From contig JBMFNR010000001.1 in the NCBI GenBank assembly GCA_049970055.1, forward strand, positions 512,001-576,000: 64,000 bases of DNA. Reading direction: 5' to 3'. The position numbers and the translations under genes were made by a program. A model generated the notes under the pieces. That model was not told where the DNA came from. It did no database searches and was given only the letters and a program-made list of their open reading frames with translations. The DNA comes from Fervidobacterium sp. GTDB taxonomy: Bacteria > Thermotogota > Thermotogae > Thermotogales > Fervidobacteriaceae. Shown here piece after piece: positions 52,554-63,627 of this stretch. Within the stretch, counting starts at the first letter, position 1. The number at the start of each line of letters is the position of its first letter.

Positions 52554-54542
52554 TTAGAGCTTGAATTTCTTGACATACTCATTCAGTTCTTGCACAGCAT
52601 GTGCGAGCTCGTCTGAGTAATTCTTCACCTCGTTTATCTGCTCTGCTTGATTTGCTATCTGTGCAGCCATTTCTTCTATGTCATGTTCAACTTCTTGAAC
52701 ATTTTTCGTCACTCTGTCGATTGCAGCACTGACTTCTTCGGTGGCTCCACTTTGTTCTTCCGCTGTGGCTGCAAGGTCTGTTGTCATACGTGAGACTTCT
52801 TCGATTTTTTCAATCAACAACTTTAGACTTTCCCCAGCTTCTCTTACCGTTGTAACGTAACCATCTACTTTTTGGCTAACACCTGTTGTAACTTTTTCAA
52901 CTTTTCTTGCCTGCTCACCTATTTTTCCAAGTATTTCCGCAATTTTCTTTGTTGCTTGTCTACTTTCTTCCGCGAGCTTTCTAATCTCATCGGCAACAAC
53001 CGCAAAACCTCTACCTGCTTCTCCTGCTCTTGCAGCTTCAATTGCTGCGTTAAGTGCAAGCAGATTTGTTTGCTCTGCGATACTTGAGATAGTATCAACA
53101 ATCTCGCTTATTTGATTAGAGAATCTTGTTAGTTCAACTATTGCGGTGAGAGATTCTCCCATACCTGTTCTTATCTCTCCTACTGAATGCTCAACTTCAA
53201 TCATTCTGTTAGAGACAAGACTGACGTTTTCTCTCATTAATTCAGTACTTTGTGAGAGTTTTTCAGAGTACCTAGCGATATTTTGTGCACCGGCTGCTAT
53301 CTCTTCCATACCACTATTTGCCTCTTCGGTTGCAGCTGCGATATCCTGAACTTCAAGTGTTGTTTTTTGGACGGTGTTTTTTGATACTTGCGCAGCTTGC
53401 GCTGAGTTTTGAGCTAAATCATCTAGCATGAATGAGACAGAAGAAACTTGCGCACTAAGTTTCATAACTTCTCCAACAGTTTGTTTGAAGCTTTCGATTA
53501 ATAATTTGAATGCATGTCCAAGTTTTGCAATCTCGTCTTTTCCAAGTTTTGCTTCTTCAATGGTTGCAGTTAAATCATTTTCGGCTACTTTTTGAGCAAT
53601 CTCAACAACGTGTTCTATTCTTTTTGTTATTGTGTCCGTTAAGAATAGGGCAATTAGAGCAGCTCCAAGTGCGATAATTATACCTGCAAAAACTCCAGAC
53701 ATGATTATTTTATTAGCCGCTTGGGTAATTTCTGAGAAAGGAATTATACCTATGGCCGTCAAGTTGTAATTTCCGATCCGTTCAAACGCCGCGAATTTTT
53801 TACCATTGAATGTGTATACTATTGTACCTTTGGTTTTTGAAGTAATCTCCTGGGCAAGTGGCTTTGTTCCCTCTTCTTTAGACAGATCGAGCTTTCCGAC
53901 GTACTCAACTTTTGGATGAGCCACTGTCATCGTACCATAAGTCAATGCGACATAGCCCGCATCCCCGATCTTAATGCTACTAACAAGCTTTTGAAGACCA
54001 TCCAGTGGGTAAAGTCCTACAAGCGCACCTATAATGTTTTCACCAAAGTCGTAAACAGCGGCGCCAACAAGCATGTAATTCTTACCATTGTATTCATACG
54101 GCATGTATATATCTGTTTTCTTTTTGCCTGATAGGATGTTTTCTAAAACACCCGATGGAAATTTCTGATTGGTCAACCCTTCTTTTGAAACAACCCTCAT
54201 ATCAGGCAATACAACAAATACGTCTGCGTAGCCTTTTTGGTTCATACTACTATAGGCGTTTCTAACACCCCATCCAAGTTGACTAAGACCGAGCTCATCG
54301 TTTACGTTTGTCATATAGGGCGAAATGGCTCCGCTAAACGAATAATCGGCAAGTGGTTTAACAACTTCGTTCAGAAAAACTTCGATGTCTTTTTTCACAG
54401 ACTGTAGTACAAGTGACTGGATTTGACTTGATGCATCCTGTACAGCACCTGTCGAAACCAAGACAGAAACTAATACGCTCACAAACGATGATAAAACACC
54501 AACCAAAACCAATGATAAAATAAGCTTAACTCTCAGACTCAT
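52554..54542 (-). CDS. Methyl-accepting chemotaxis protein (Cache sensor, HAMP)
   Basis: Two TM helices, G..GY...HP Cache motif, [38 protein letters not shown]. Confidence 0.95.
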   Translation of the reverse strand: MSLRVKLILSLVLVGVLSSFVSVLVSVLVSTGAVQDASSQIQSLVLQSVKKDIEVFLNEVVKPLADYSFSGAISPYMTNVNDELGLSQLGWGVRNAYSSMNQKGYADVFVVLPDMRVVSKEGLTNQKFPSGVLENILSGKKKTDIYMPYEYNGKNYMLVGAAVYDFGENIIGALVGLYPLDGLQKLVSSIKIGDAGYVALTYGTMTVAHPKVEYVGKLDLSKEEGTKPLAQEITSKTKGTIVYTFNGKKFAAFERIGNYNLTAIGIIPFSEITQAANKIIMSGVFAGIIIALGAALIALFLTDTITKRIEHVVEIAQKVAENDLTATIEEAKLGKDEIAKLGHAFKLLIESFKQTVGEVMKLSAQVSSVSFMLDDLAQNSAQAAQVSKNTVQKTTLEVQDIAAATEEANSGMEEIAAGAQNIARYSEKLSQSTELMRENVSLVSNRMIEVEHSVGEIRTGMGESLTAIVELTRFSNQISEIVDTISSIAEQTNLLALNAAIEAARAGEAGRGFAVVADEIRKLAEESRQATKKIAEILGKIGEQARKVEKVTTGVSQKVDGYVTTVREAGESLKLLIEKIEEVSRMTTDLAATAEEQSGATEEVSAAIDRVTKNVQEVEHDIEEMAAQIANQAEQINEVKNYSDELAHAVQELNEYVKKFKL

Positions 54543-56008
54543 GAGAACACCTCCAAACATATCAGATTGTTCACTCTGTCAAATTCATCTCCAAAGAATT
54601 TATCTTGTTGAGCTTTCACATTTATTCTACCACAAAATTCTTCTATTTTAACAGAGCTTTTCAAAGGCCTTCGAAAAGAGAGAGCAGCACTTCCCAGCAT
54701 GGCTTCTATTGAAATTAAGGTAAGTATATTCTCGTAGATTTTTTTGAGCTTTCTTACCGCATTAGCTCCCATACTAACATGATCTTCCTGGTAAGCGGAA
54801 GTAGGTATCGTATCAGAGCTTGCAGGATGCGAAAGGATCTTATTTTCGTTGCAGAGAGCAGCGGCTGTGTATTGCCAGATCATATACCCACTGTTTAAAC
54901 CTTCTTCTCCACCAGCTAAGAATGGGGGTAACCCCTCATTTACCTTAGGATTTACGAGTCTATCTATCCTTCTTTCGATCATATTACCCATTGACGTAAG
55001 TGCAATTGCAAGGTAATCTGCACATAACGCAAGTGGCTCTCCGTGAAAGTTGCCACCACTGACAATACCGTCTTCAAAGACAAGAGGATTATCTGTCGCA
55101 GAGTTTATTTCCCTCTCTACCACACTTTTAACCCATTGAATTGTATCGTAAACAGCTCCGTAAACTTGTGGTATAGTTCTTAAAGTGTACGCATCTTGCA
55201 CTTTCGAGCAATTTTCGTGACTTTTTCGTAATTCACTTCCCTCAAGATATTCTCTCAACCATTGGGAAATGACGATCTGACCGGGGTGAGGCCTTACTAA
55301 CTGTATTCTTTCATCGAAAGCAGCAGGTGTTCCAAGTAAAACGTCGACTGAAAGTGCAGCAACAAGCGTAGCAACCTTCATTAATTTCTCAAGGTCCCTT
55401 ACAATTAGTGATAGATGTGCAGCCATGAATTGGGTACCGTTTATAAGGCTAAGTCCTTCCTTTTCTTCAAGTTCAATGGGGGTAAAATCTATCTCAGATA
55501 TACTAACAACACGCCCATTGTAAAGTACTTTGCCCTCGCCTATTATAGTCATAGCTAGGTGTGCAAGAGGTGCCAAATCACCACTTGCACCAACGGAACC
55601 TTTTTCCGGAACCAGTGGCGTAATTCTCTTGTTAAGAAGTTCAATTAGCTTTTCGACAACCACGGGCCTTACTCCACTGTAGCCCTTTGCAAGGGCATTT
55701 GCCCTTATCAAGATCATCGCCCTAACGATATCTTCTGGAAGACACTCTCCAACACCAGCGGAATGCGAAAGTACGATGTTTTTTTGAAGTTCTTTTAATT
55801 TATCTTTTGATATTTTAACATTAGCTAAAGCTCCAAAACCTGTGTTTACACCGTAAACAGGCACGTCCTTTTCAATGATTTTCTCTATAACCAAACGACT
55901 TCTTTGTATCTTTTTGTAAGCTTCAGAAGAAAGTGAGACGTCTTCGTAATTCCTGCTCACTTTGTGAACATCTTCTAATGTTAAATGTTCACCGTCAAGA
56001 ACAATCAT
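54539..56008 (-). CDS. hutH: Histidine ammonia-lyase
   Basis: [25 protein letters not shown] (MIO motif), [21 protein letters not shown]. Confidence 0.93.
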   Translation of the reverse strand: MIVLDGEHLTLEDVHKVSRNYEDVSLSSEAYKKIQRSRLVIEKIIEKDVPVYGVNTGFGALANVKISKDKLKELQKNIVLSHSAGVGECLPEDIVRAMILIRANALAKGYSGVRPVVVEKLIELLNKRITPLVPEKGSVGASGDLAPLAHLAMTIIGEGKVLYNGRVVSISEIDFTPIELEEKEGLSLINGTQFMAAHLSLIVRDLEKLMKVATLVAALSVDVLLGTPAAFDERIQLVRPHPGQIVISQWLREYLEGSELRKSHENCSKVQDAYTLRTIPQVYGAVYDTIQWVKSVVEREINSATDNPLVFEDGIVSGGNFHGEPLALCADYLAIALTSMGNMIERRIDRLVNPKVNEGLPPFLAGGEEGLNSGYMIWQYTAAALCNENKILSHPASSDTIPTSAYQEDHVSMGANAVRKLKKIYENILTLISIEAMLGSAALSFRRPLKSSVKIEEFCGRINVKAQQDKFFGDEFDRVNNLICLEVFS

Positions 56009-56529
56009 AGTTCGCTCCCCTTTATCCTCTTGATGTGTGTACCTTCAATAAATCTTGCCATTATATAGAGTAAATCAGAAATTCTATTGAGGTATTTTAT
56101 CAACTCACCTCTGACTTCTTCCGTATTAGATAATTTGACAACGAGCCTTTCTGCTCTTCTAGCTATTGTTCGACACACATCCAAATGTGCACTTGCAATA
56201 GTCTCACCAGGTACGACAAAAGAGTTCAACTGTACTTTAGCTTCGTATTCGTGAATATAGTTAGTTAGCCTTTCAATATCGCTTTCGTCGATCAACTTCA
56301 CGTACTTATCACCTTTTGCAAGCTCGGCTGCAACTCGGAAAAGATCCTTTTGAACAGATTCAACGAGTTCTCGTTCGTAATCTGGCAGATAGTGTTTTGA
56401 AAGTCCCAAAAACGAATTGAGTTCATCAACGGTACCGTACGATTCCACACGTATGTTATCTTTTCTAACTCGTTCACCATTTGCCAAACTTGTCTCGCCG
56501 TTATCTCCTGTTTTTGTTGTAATGGACAT
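56005..56529 (-). CDS. PduO-type cob(I)alamin adenosyltransferase
   Basis: TKTGD.GET, YGTVDELNS, RT..RRAER, YLNR.SD.L...AR. Confidence 0.92.
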   Translation of the reverse strand: MSITTKTGDNGETSLANGERVRKDNIRVESYGTVDELNSFLGLSKHYLPDYERELVESVQKDLFRVAAELAKGDKYVKLIDESDIERLTNYIHEYEAKVQLNSFVVPGETIASAHLDVCRTIARRAERLVVKLSNTEEVRGELIKYLNRISDLLYIMARFIEGTHIKRIKGSEL

Positions 56530-56669
56530 TTATTTACCTCCTTTGATTTCGATGTAATTCTATTTTAATACAAAACCCACAAAATCACAAAATCGAAAAA
56601 CTCCTGTTTTATCAAGATCTACTCAGTATTCGTGTCCATTCATTTTATTATTTTTTTATTGGCACTATA

Positions 56670-57185
56670 TCAAAATAATTTCCCGTATATAACAACATTC
56701 TCGAGAGTATTTCCATTCCTGAGATACCTGCGTAAGGTCCCTTCGAGTTCGAAACCAAACTTTTCCAAAATTTTTCTTACCGCCCAATTTGCTTCAGCAG
56801 TTTCGCCTTGAAGTCTTTTAGCCCCATTACCCTTTGCCCAGTTGACAGCAATTTCGCAAAGCTTTGTTCCAATTCCTTTATTCCTATGTTCCCTCACTAT
56901 TTCCATTCCAAATTCTGCAACATGCGATGTTTTAACCTTATTATCCAAAAACCAACACCAAAGTTGCCCCACGATTTCACCATTGTGTTCTACAACAAGA
57001 AATAGCCTTTTAGGGTTCTCTTTCCAAGACTTAATCCAAGAATTAATACCGTCTAATGTGATTTCTTCTGCTGTTGATAATACCAAATTGCTTTCTGAGC
57101 ACACTTTCTTTCGCATTTCGTAAACTCTCTGTGCATCCTCAAGCTCTGCATCCCTAATCAGATATTCACCAAATTCGTACCTCAT
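56670..57185 (-). CDS. GNAT family acetyltransferase
   Basis: HRNKGIGTKL (motif A), N....LEKFGF..EG. Confidence 0.88.
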   Translation of the reverse strand: MRYEFGEYLIRDAELEDAQRVYEMRKKVCSESNLVLSTAEEITLDGINSWIKSWKENPKRLFLVVEHNGEIVGQLWCWFLDNKVKTSHVAEFGMEIVREHRNKGIGTKLCEIAVNWAKGNGAKRLQGETAEANWAVRKILEKFGFELEGTLRRYLRNGNTLENVVIYGKLF

Positions 57186-57212
57186 AGTATCCCCCCAATT
57201 TGTTTACATTAT

Positions 57213-57246
57213 AAAATAAACCCCCAACGTATTTAAAGCGTTGGGG
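57213..57246 (-). terminator. Intrinsic terminator
   Basis: CCCCAACG-N9-CGTTGGGG followed by a T-rich tail on the minus strand. Confidence 0.65.
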
Positions 57247-57270
57247 CGTGTTATTTTACGTAAGTAAATC

Positions 57271-57552
57271 TCAATCTGCGCTGCCATTGTTTGGTCTGAG
57301 TTGGAGTATTTCTAATTTTACCATCGATTTTGCACTTTCTAATAACCTTATCGCATCTACCACGGTATCTTTTGTTGCAATCACTCTCAAAAATTTACCT
57401 TCGAAGCTCCTTATATTCATAATGTTGTCTTCCGCTTCTAGTAAATAATTAAGAATGTGAACATCTTCCTTATTTATATCAACGAGAATATCGTATTCTA
57501 GTATATCGGGCGTATCAGATGCATCAAATTTATCAATATTATTCTTACTCAC
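57271..57552 (-). CDS. Small conserved protein (DUF4911-like)
   Basis: D...L.YLLEA.D....IR pattern; overlaps the upstream gene. Confidence 0.6.
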   Translation of the reverse strand: MSKNNIDKFDASDTPDILEYDILVDINKEDVHILNYLLEAEDNIMNIRSFEGKFLRVIATKDTVVDAIRLLESAKSMVKLEILQLRPNNGSAD

Positions 57553-58072
57553 CTACATTTCCCTCCTCTTTCTTACTTTCTTGCGACTTTTGTTGGAGTA
57601 ATTCATACGCACTACTTATCGGGCATGGAGCTGTTTTTCTTCGTGGCTGAGACAAGAAATTTCTAAATTTTTCCACAATACTCTTTCCTTCATCCTCCAC
57701 CAAAAATCTTGCAAAATCGGAAAATTTGTTAATTATCTTATCGCTCAAGTTGAAATAGATATTCCAGGCAGCTTGATCTGATTCTTTTTCTTCGAGTTGG
57801 AGTATTTCACAGAAGAACATTTTAACAGCGCTAAAGCGTGCGTTTTCAAGGATTGCCACTTTTTTACCTTCCTGTGTTAGTGATATGCCTCCCCTGCGCT
57901 CGTAATATATTAAACCTTGCTCAGTTAATTTTTCCAGAAATTGTTTTGCTGATGGCATTTTAACGTTTAGAAAGTTTGATATCTTCTTTAACCGTGTCCA
58001 ACCCATTTCATTTAAAGTTAGATAAACTGCGAGTAAGTATTTCTTTTCGGTAGATCCAATATGTTTTTCCAT
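57545..58072 (-). CDS. DtxR/MntR-family winged-helix regulator, degenerate metal site
   Basis: YL.A.Y, I...L.V..PS....L.KL...GLI.YE...I.LT..G...A; ATG 58072 after GGAGG. Confidence 0.75.
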   Translation of the reverse strand: MEKHIGSTEKKYLLAVYLTLNEMGWTRLKKISNFLNVKMPSAKQFLEKLTEQGLIYYERRGGISLTQEGKKVAILENARFSAVKMFFCEILQLEEKESDQAAWNIYFNLSDKIINKFSDFARFLVEDEGKSIVEKFRNFLSQPRRKTAPCPISSAYELLQQKSQESKKEEGNVGE

Positions 58073-58091
58073 TTTAACACCTCCAGGTTTA

Positions 58092-59771
58092 TCAATATTT
58101 AAACGCGCTTCGACCAATAAATTCCCTGATTATCGAAGTTCTTGGAATATCTTCGATGTTCGTTATTGGCAAGAAGTAATCCAAAATTTTCAGTAATCTG
58201 TTAGCTTCCGTTGACTCTGGTTCATTATCCGGTACAACTGCGAGAAGCGGTTCGGCAAAAATTTTTAGAACTGAAAGTTCATAGACAAGAGCACTGTTGA
58301 ACATAACATCGGCATTTTCTTGGAATGGGAAGATGTTTCTTTCTTCACCTCTTCTTACACTATTCCACATTCTAAGTGTTGCAAGTGCATCGTGTCCCCT
58401 AAATTTACTGTCTCTTACCATACGTCTTATCAGTCTTACATCAGTTGTGTGTAACCTGTTTACGCTGTCAAGATTTAACTGTGCCAATGCGCTTGCATAA
58501 ATCTTAAATTTCAACTCTTCCGGAACCAGTTCGGTCAATTTTGGATTCAAACCATGGATACCCTCAATTATTATGATCTGGTCCTTATCTATCTTCATTT
58601 TAGTCCCAACGGATTCACGCTTTCCAAGTACAAAGTTGAATTTTGGAATTTCCACTTCCTTTCCATCAAACAGGTCAAGAAGATTTCTGTTGAACAATTC
58701 CACATCTAAAGCTTCAAGTGCTTCGAAATCGTAATTTCCGTTCTCGTCCCTTGGTGTTCTCTCTCTCTCAACGAAATAGTCGTCTAAAGATATTGTAATA
58801 GGTTTTAGTCCGCTAGCTTTTAGTTGGACCATTAATCTCTTTGAAAATGTTGTCTTGCCACTTGACGAAGGACCGGCTATTAATACAAGTCTAACGCTTT
58901 TCCTACTTTTAATTTCTTCAGAAATCATAGCGATACGCTTTTCGTGAAGGGCTTCTGCAAGTATAATTAAGTCATTTACAGCTCTTTCACCTTTTGCGAT
59001 AATTTCATTTAAGTCTCCAACGTTATCTATATCCATTATCTCAAGCCATCTTGAATACTCAAGGAAGACAGCGGATAGCTTTGGGAATGGCTTAAACTCT
59101 GGGACAACAATCTTATCTCCAATTATCTTTGGAAGTAATAAAACAAATCCTTGATCGTACTTAACTAACTTAAACCACTTTAAGTAACCAGTTGATGGCG
59201 GCATATATCCATAGAAATAGTCGAAATGTCCATCTGCTTCGTAGACTTTTACAGTCTTTTTCTTTCTGTATTTTAGGAGTTTTACCTTATCTTCCATTCC
59301 TGTGGAAGTGAACAGATCCATCGCTTGAGTTTTAGGCAATTCTATCTTTTTGAACCTTAAATTTGCTTCAACCCATTTTCTCATTTCGGATTCGAGGTTC
59401 TCAACATCTGCTTGTGAAATCTCAACTGTCTTCGCGTCGCTTCTTATTTCGCAGTAGACTCCGTGACCTATTGTGTGAAGTATCTTCAGCGAGTAATCTT
59501 TGAAGATTTTTCTTGCAGCGGCATGTAAGATGAAAAATAATCCTCTTTGGTATATTCTCATACCATCGGTGCTATCAAGTGTTATGAAAGTGACTTCCCC
59601 CGATCTTACTATAGGTCTAAATAATTCGACAATAAAGTTGTCAAGTCTTGCACCAAGTACGACTTTTCCGGTTTTTTCTTCGTATTGTCTCGCCAAATTT
59701 TCAAGCGTTGAGCCATACGGTATCTCATACTCTTCTTGACCCATGTAAATTTTCAGCGTCTGAACACTCAT
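58092..59771 (-). CDS. Uridine-kinase-family protein with N-terminal ThrRS-like domains
   Basis: TGS/ThrRS-editing-like N-half; AGPSSSGKTT, LDDYF, EGIH.LN, R..RR..RD...RG. Confidence 0.88.
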   Translation of the reverse strand: MSVQTLKIYMGQEEYEIPYGSTLENLARQYEEKTGKVVLGARLDNFIVELFRPIVRSGEVTFITLDSTDGMRIYQRGLFFILHAAARKIFKDYSLKILHTIGHGVYCEIRSDAKTVEISQADVENLESEMRKWVEANLRFKKIELPKTQAMDLFTSTGMEDKVKLLKYRKKKTVKVYEADGHFDYFYGYMPPSTGYLKWFKLVKYDQGFVLLLPKIIGDKIVVPEFKPFPKLSAVFLEYSRWLEIMDIDNVGDLNEIIAKGERAVNDLIILAEALHEKRIAMISEEIKSRKSVRLVLIAGPSSSGKTTFSKRLMVQLKASGLKPITISLDDYFVERERTPRDENGNYDFEALEALDVELFNRNLLDLFDGKEVEIPKFNFVLGKRESVGTKMKIDKDQIIIIEGIHGLNPKLTELVPEELKFKIYASALAQLNLDSVNRLHTTDVRLIRRMVRDSKFRGHDALATLRMWNSVRRGEERNIFPFQENADVMFNSALVYELSVLKIFAEPLLAVVPDNEPESTEANRLLKILDYFLPITNIEDIPRTSIIREFIGRSAFKY

Positions 59772-59826
59772 ATTTAAATCCCCCTTAACTTCTGCTGTTT
59801 TTATTGTTGTTTACGACTTACCTAAG

Positions 59827-61209
59827 TTAAATTTTCCATATCAGTTCGTACGAGGACGGATCTAGATGGGTAAAGTGCATATGAACGTTGACATTGAAAG
59901 CATCTTTTAATTTTTCTTTGCTAACTAAAGATTTGAACGAAGGATGCAATTTTATAATGACTTCTTTTGCATTCCTTGGTTTGTTGTTTACTTCACTTAA
60001 CAATTTCTCAACAATGTACTTTGGATGCAAAACGTGACCTGTACCACCACACACCGGACACGGTGCTGTTAAGCGCTCATCCAACGATTTACTTATCCTT
60101 TTACGAGCCATTTCAAGTAAGCCCAGCTGCGTAAAGCCGTACACATCAATTTTGTTCTTATCCTTAGCAATTTCTGATCTAATAACTCTGAGTATATCTT
60201 CTTTACTCTCCTGCGTTCTCATATCTATGAAGTCAACAAGTATTATCCCACCGATATTCCTCACTCTGAGCAATCTGCAAATCTCTCTTGCAGCTTCCAC
60301 ATTTATTCTTCTTGAGAGTTCTTCGTGATCTTGAGAATCAACAAAATGGCCAGAATTAACATCAATAATAGTTAACGCTTCAGTCTTGTCTATTACTATC
60401 TCACCACCCGATGGTAATTCATGAGTTCTTTCAAGAGCTTTTTTTATTTGGTTATAAATTCCGAAAGTTTCAAAAGGATCATCATCTATTACTTTGACAG
60501 GTACGTTTTTGTTGTATCTTCTGATTAATTCCTTCAGATCGTATGAATTTGTTATAACCTGTTCTACGTCGCTTCTCAAAAATTCCCGAACAGTAAATTC
60601 ATCCGTACACGATTCTTTGTAAATTATTTTTGGTTTTCTGGAGCGTTTAAATGTATTAAGTATATCTTTCCACTTTTCATAAAGTTGCTGAGCTTCCGAA
60701 AAAAGGTGTTCCTCATTGCTCTCACCAGAAGCTGTGCGCATTATGAAACCACCATTGTATTTTTCAACTAATTTCTTTCCAAACTCTTTAAGCCACTCTC
60801 TATCTACCTGGGATGTTATCTTTCTGGATATACCGACAGATTTGGAAAATGGTAAATAAACAAGATAGCGCCCCGGAATTCCGATATTTGTTGTTACTTG
60901 TGGCCCCTTTGTATGTCCACCTTCCTTTTTTATTTGCACGAGGATTTTTTGCCCCTCTTTAAGTTTTTTTACTCCAAAAAAATTCAGGTAGTCTGGTCTC
61001 ATGTCCTTGAACCTTAAAAAGGCGTTTTCATCGTTTGCAATTTTAATGAAGGCTGCTTCTAGGGAATGTACAATTTTTTCAACTCTTCCAGCGTAAATAC
61101 TTCCTGCGATGCTTTCTTTTTCATCATCACCGAGGAATATCTCGTTCAAAGTTCCATTGTCTAACAATGCTGCCTGAGTTGTCTTGTCTTTTTTCAGGAT
61201 CAACACCAT
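59827..61209 (-). CDS. Rne/Rng family ribonuclease
   Basis: S1 domain, VQ..KE...KG, LPSGG...ID.TEALT.IDVNSG, RNIGGII..DFIDM, CPVC.G.G. Confidence 0.92.
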   Translation of the reverse strand: MVLILKKDKTTQAALLDNGTLNEIFLGDDEKESIAGSIYAGRVEKIVHSLEAAFIKIANDENAFLRFKDMRPDYLNFFGVKKLKEGQKILVQIKKEGGHTKGPQVTTNIGIPGRYLVYLPFSKSVGISRKITSQVDREWLKEFGKKLVEKYNGGFIMRTASGESNEEHLFSEAQQLYEKWKDILNTFKRSRKPKIIYKESCTDEFTVREFLRSDVEQVITNSYDLKELIRRYNKNVPVKVIDDDPFETFGIYNQIKKALERTHELPSGGEIVIDKTEALTIIDVNSGHFVDSQDHEELSRRINVEAAREICRLLRVRNIGGIILVDFIDMRTQESKEDILRVIRSEIAKDKNKIDVYGFTQLGLLEMARKRISKSLDERLTAPCPVCGGTGHVLHPKYIVEKLLSEVNNKPRNAKEVIIKLHPSFKSLVSKEKLKDAFNVNVHMHFTHLDPSSYELIWKI

Positions 61210-61216
61210 AATTTCA

Positions 61217-62422
61217 TCAAAACTCCTTTAAGTACCTTTCTTGCTCGTAAGTTAGTTCATCTATAGTAATTCCCATACTTTCAAGTTTTAACTTTGCAAC
61301 AACTTTATCTAGTTCTTGTGGATAATCGTACACCTTATTTTCAAGTTTGTGGTAGTTTTGTGATAGATATAACAAAGAGAACGTTTGAAGAGCAAATGAA
61401 ATGTCCATAATTTCAACGGGATGACCATCCGCTGCAGCAAGGTTAACTAACCTTCCTTGACCTATCACGAAGATATCTTTTCCGTTTACTCTATAGCGCG
61501 TAATATTTTGCCGAATCTCAAATTTTTCTGATGCCATTTTTTCTATTTCTTCCATGGGAATTTCAACATTGAAATGTCCGGCGTTTGCAAGAATCGCACC
61601 ATCTTTTAGATTTTCGATCACTTTTGCCGTTAAAACATCTTTAACGCCAGTCGCTGTGATAATAAAATCAGCCTTTGGCGCAAGCTCTTCAATTCTTCCA
61701 ACCTCAAACCCATCCATTATAGCTTCAACAGCCCTTATCGGGTCAACCTCACTTACCATAACTTTCGCACCAAGTCCGTTGGCTCTCATCGCGATACCTC
61801 TTCCACACCACCCGTATCCGGCAATCAGGACGTATTTTCCAGCAATTAGTAGGTTAGTATTTCTCATGATCGAATCGAGTACCGACTGCCCAGTTCCATA
61901 CCTGTTGTCAAACATAAACTTCATCTTCGCGTTGTTAACAGCAATTACGGGAACACTCAGTATACCATTTTCTTGCAAATTTTTCAAGCGTCTTACACCT
62001 GTTGTTGTTTCTTCACTGACACCTTTCAAACTTTCAAGCACTTCGCGCCTTTGAGTATGTGCAAGCACAGTTAGGTCTGCTCCGTCATCTAATATGAGGT
62101 CAGGTTTGTAATCGAGAATTTTGTGTAAGAACAAAAAATACTCTTCTTCACTTTCCGTGCGCTTTGCATGAACTTTTATACCGTAATCTACCAAAGCCTG
62201 AGCAACATCATCCTGTGTTGATAATGGATTACACCCTGTAACGAAGACTTCGGCACCTAAGTGTTTTAACGTAATCGCAAGGTATGCGGTTTTGGCTTCA
62301 AGGTGTATTGACATTCCAATCTTTAAACCATTAAGCGAGTATTCTTTAGAATTTTGAATTGAGTTGAGTAACTTCATATGCTTACTAACCCAGTTGATTT
62401 TTTGATGGCCAGTTTTAGACAT
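61217..62422 (-). CDS. ahcY: Adenosylhomocysteinase
   Basis: HLEAKTA, NPLSTQD, DDG.D, EETTTG, DNRYGTG.S, GYGWCG.G, GRLVNL.AA.GHP. Confidence 0.96.
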   Translation of the reverse strand: MSKTGHQKINWVSKHMKLLNSIQNSKEYSLNGLKIGMSIHLEAKTAYLAITLKHLGAEVFVTGCNPLSTQDDVAQALVDYGIKVHAKRTESEEEYFLFLHKILDYKPDLILDDGADLTVLAHTQRREVLESLKGVSEETTTGVRRLKNLQENGILSVPVIAVNNAKMKFMFDNRYGTGQSVLDSIMRNTNLLIAGKYVLIAGYGWCGRGIAMRANGLGAKVMVSEVDPIRAVEAIMDGFEVGRIEELAPKADFIITATGVKDVLTAKVIENLKDGAILANAGHFNVEIPMEEIEKMASEKFEIRQNITRYRVNGKDIFVIGQGRLVNLAAADGHPVEIMDISFALQTFSLLYLSQNYHKLENKVYDYPQELDKVVAKLKLESMGITIDELTYEQERYLKEF

Positions 62423-62445
62423 TATTCATCCTCCTTGAAGTGTCA

Positions 62446-63627
62446 CTACTTTCCAACTGCAATTGTGATTTTCTTTTGAATTTTCTGACCTTTCATACTC
62501 AGAGTTATTAAAAGTTCGTAAATGCCAGGCTGTGTGAAATTTAGTTTCTCCAAGCGTGATAGAAAACTTCTGCCAAATTGTATCATCATGACACGTCGAT
62601 TGCCTATTTCGAAATTGTATCCGATCTTGGGTATAGAGAAATTTACGTTATCAACTATGATGAACCTTTTTGTGTTAAGTTTATTCGAAATGTACACATC
62701 TACCTTCGCAGACTTATTTACAACAATTGGTTCCTCCACTTCGATACTAAAATCGATCCCGTTCACATCTTCTTCTGTTTTTTTAGCTGAGTAAACGAGT
62801 GTGCGCAAATCTTTAATCTCACCACTTGCTAGATAAATTTTCGCACTTAGCTCAAGATCTCCCGCTTTATCAACAGTGAAGGCAATGCTTCCGGGTATAA
62901 GGTAACTTTCTCCTGGATATAACCTTACATTGCTTGTTTCTTTGTCGAACGATTGAACGTAATCATTCCCTTGAAAGCTCCAAATGATTTTGCGGATGCT
63001 TATATTTTCAATTTTCGATGTTCTGTTCCAAATTACGAGCGATGGTTTTAGTTGTTCCGTTAAGATATAGAACGGTTCAGTATAAATGGAATACGAGATT
63101 TCTTCGGTGTAAGTAAATGTTCTGTAAATTTCTGCTTGTTTTCCGTTTATTTTACATCGAGCGTATATGGTGTAAGTTCCGGATGGAAGGTTCAATAGTG
63201 TAACTTCGTTTTCCAGATTGTAAACCAACTTATTTGAAAGGCCTTCAATGGAACTTTCGATCGCAGTTGGATAGGAAAATTCGTAAAATGTTTTCTCAGG
63301 AGAGTAAATTTTTAGGTAAAAATCACTCAGAACAAAATTTTTATTCGTCTTCTTTGTATTAACAATGTAAACTTTCGCACCTACCTTTTCCGGTGCTTTA
63401 TATTCGAGTTTTGTTAACTCGATTGTAAGTTGCAAACTATCAACTATGTTTAAATATGTTTGTGGGGATACTCTTTGAACAAAAAGTATAAAAACGAAAA
63501 TCGATATGACTATCATAATATTAACAAAGAGAAACTTAAAGCTTCTCTTTCTCATATTTCCATAGATTTGATTTATTTCCTTTTCTTTCTCTTGCCTATA
63601 TCTTTGTGGATCAAAAGGCAAAATCAT
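62446..63627 (-). CDS. Membrane-anchored hypothetical protein, beta-rich extracytoplasmic region
   Basis: Single N-terminal TM helix, Ig-like motifs (LPSGTY, PGIYEL); ATGA overlap with the PilB-like gene. Confidence 0.6.
   Translation of the reverse strand: MILPFDPQRYRQEKEKEINQIYGNMRKRSFKFLFVNIMIVISIFVFILFVQRVSPQTYLNIVDSLQLTIELTKLEYKAPEKVGAKVYIVNTKKTNKNFVLSDFYLKIYSPEKTFYEFSYPTAIESSIEGLSNKLVYNLENEVTLLNLPSGTYTIYARCKINGKQAEIYRTFTYTEEISYSIYTEPFYILTEQLKPSLVIWNRTSKIENISIRKIIWSFQGNDYVQSFDKETSNVRLYPGESYLIPGSIAFTVDKAGDLELSAKIYLASGEIKDLRTLVYSAKKTEEDVNGIDFSIEVEEPIVVNKSAKVDVYISNKLNTKRFIIVDNVNFSIPKIGYNFEIGNRRVMMIQFGRSFLSRLEKLNFTQPGIYELLITLSMKGQKIQKKITIAVGK

Noticed and set aside
56530..56669. Cobalamin riboswitch before the adenosyltransferase gene
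   Set aside because: The region is short and AT-rich, with no B12-box or GGGAA motifs.
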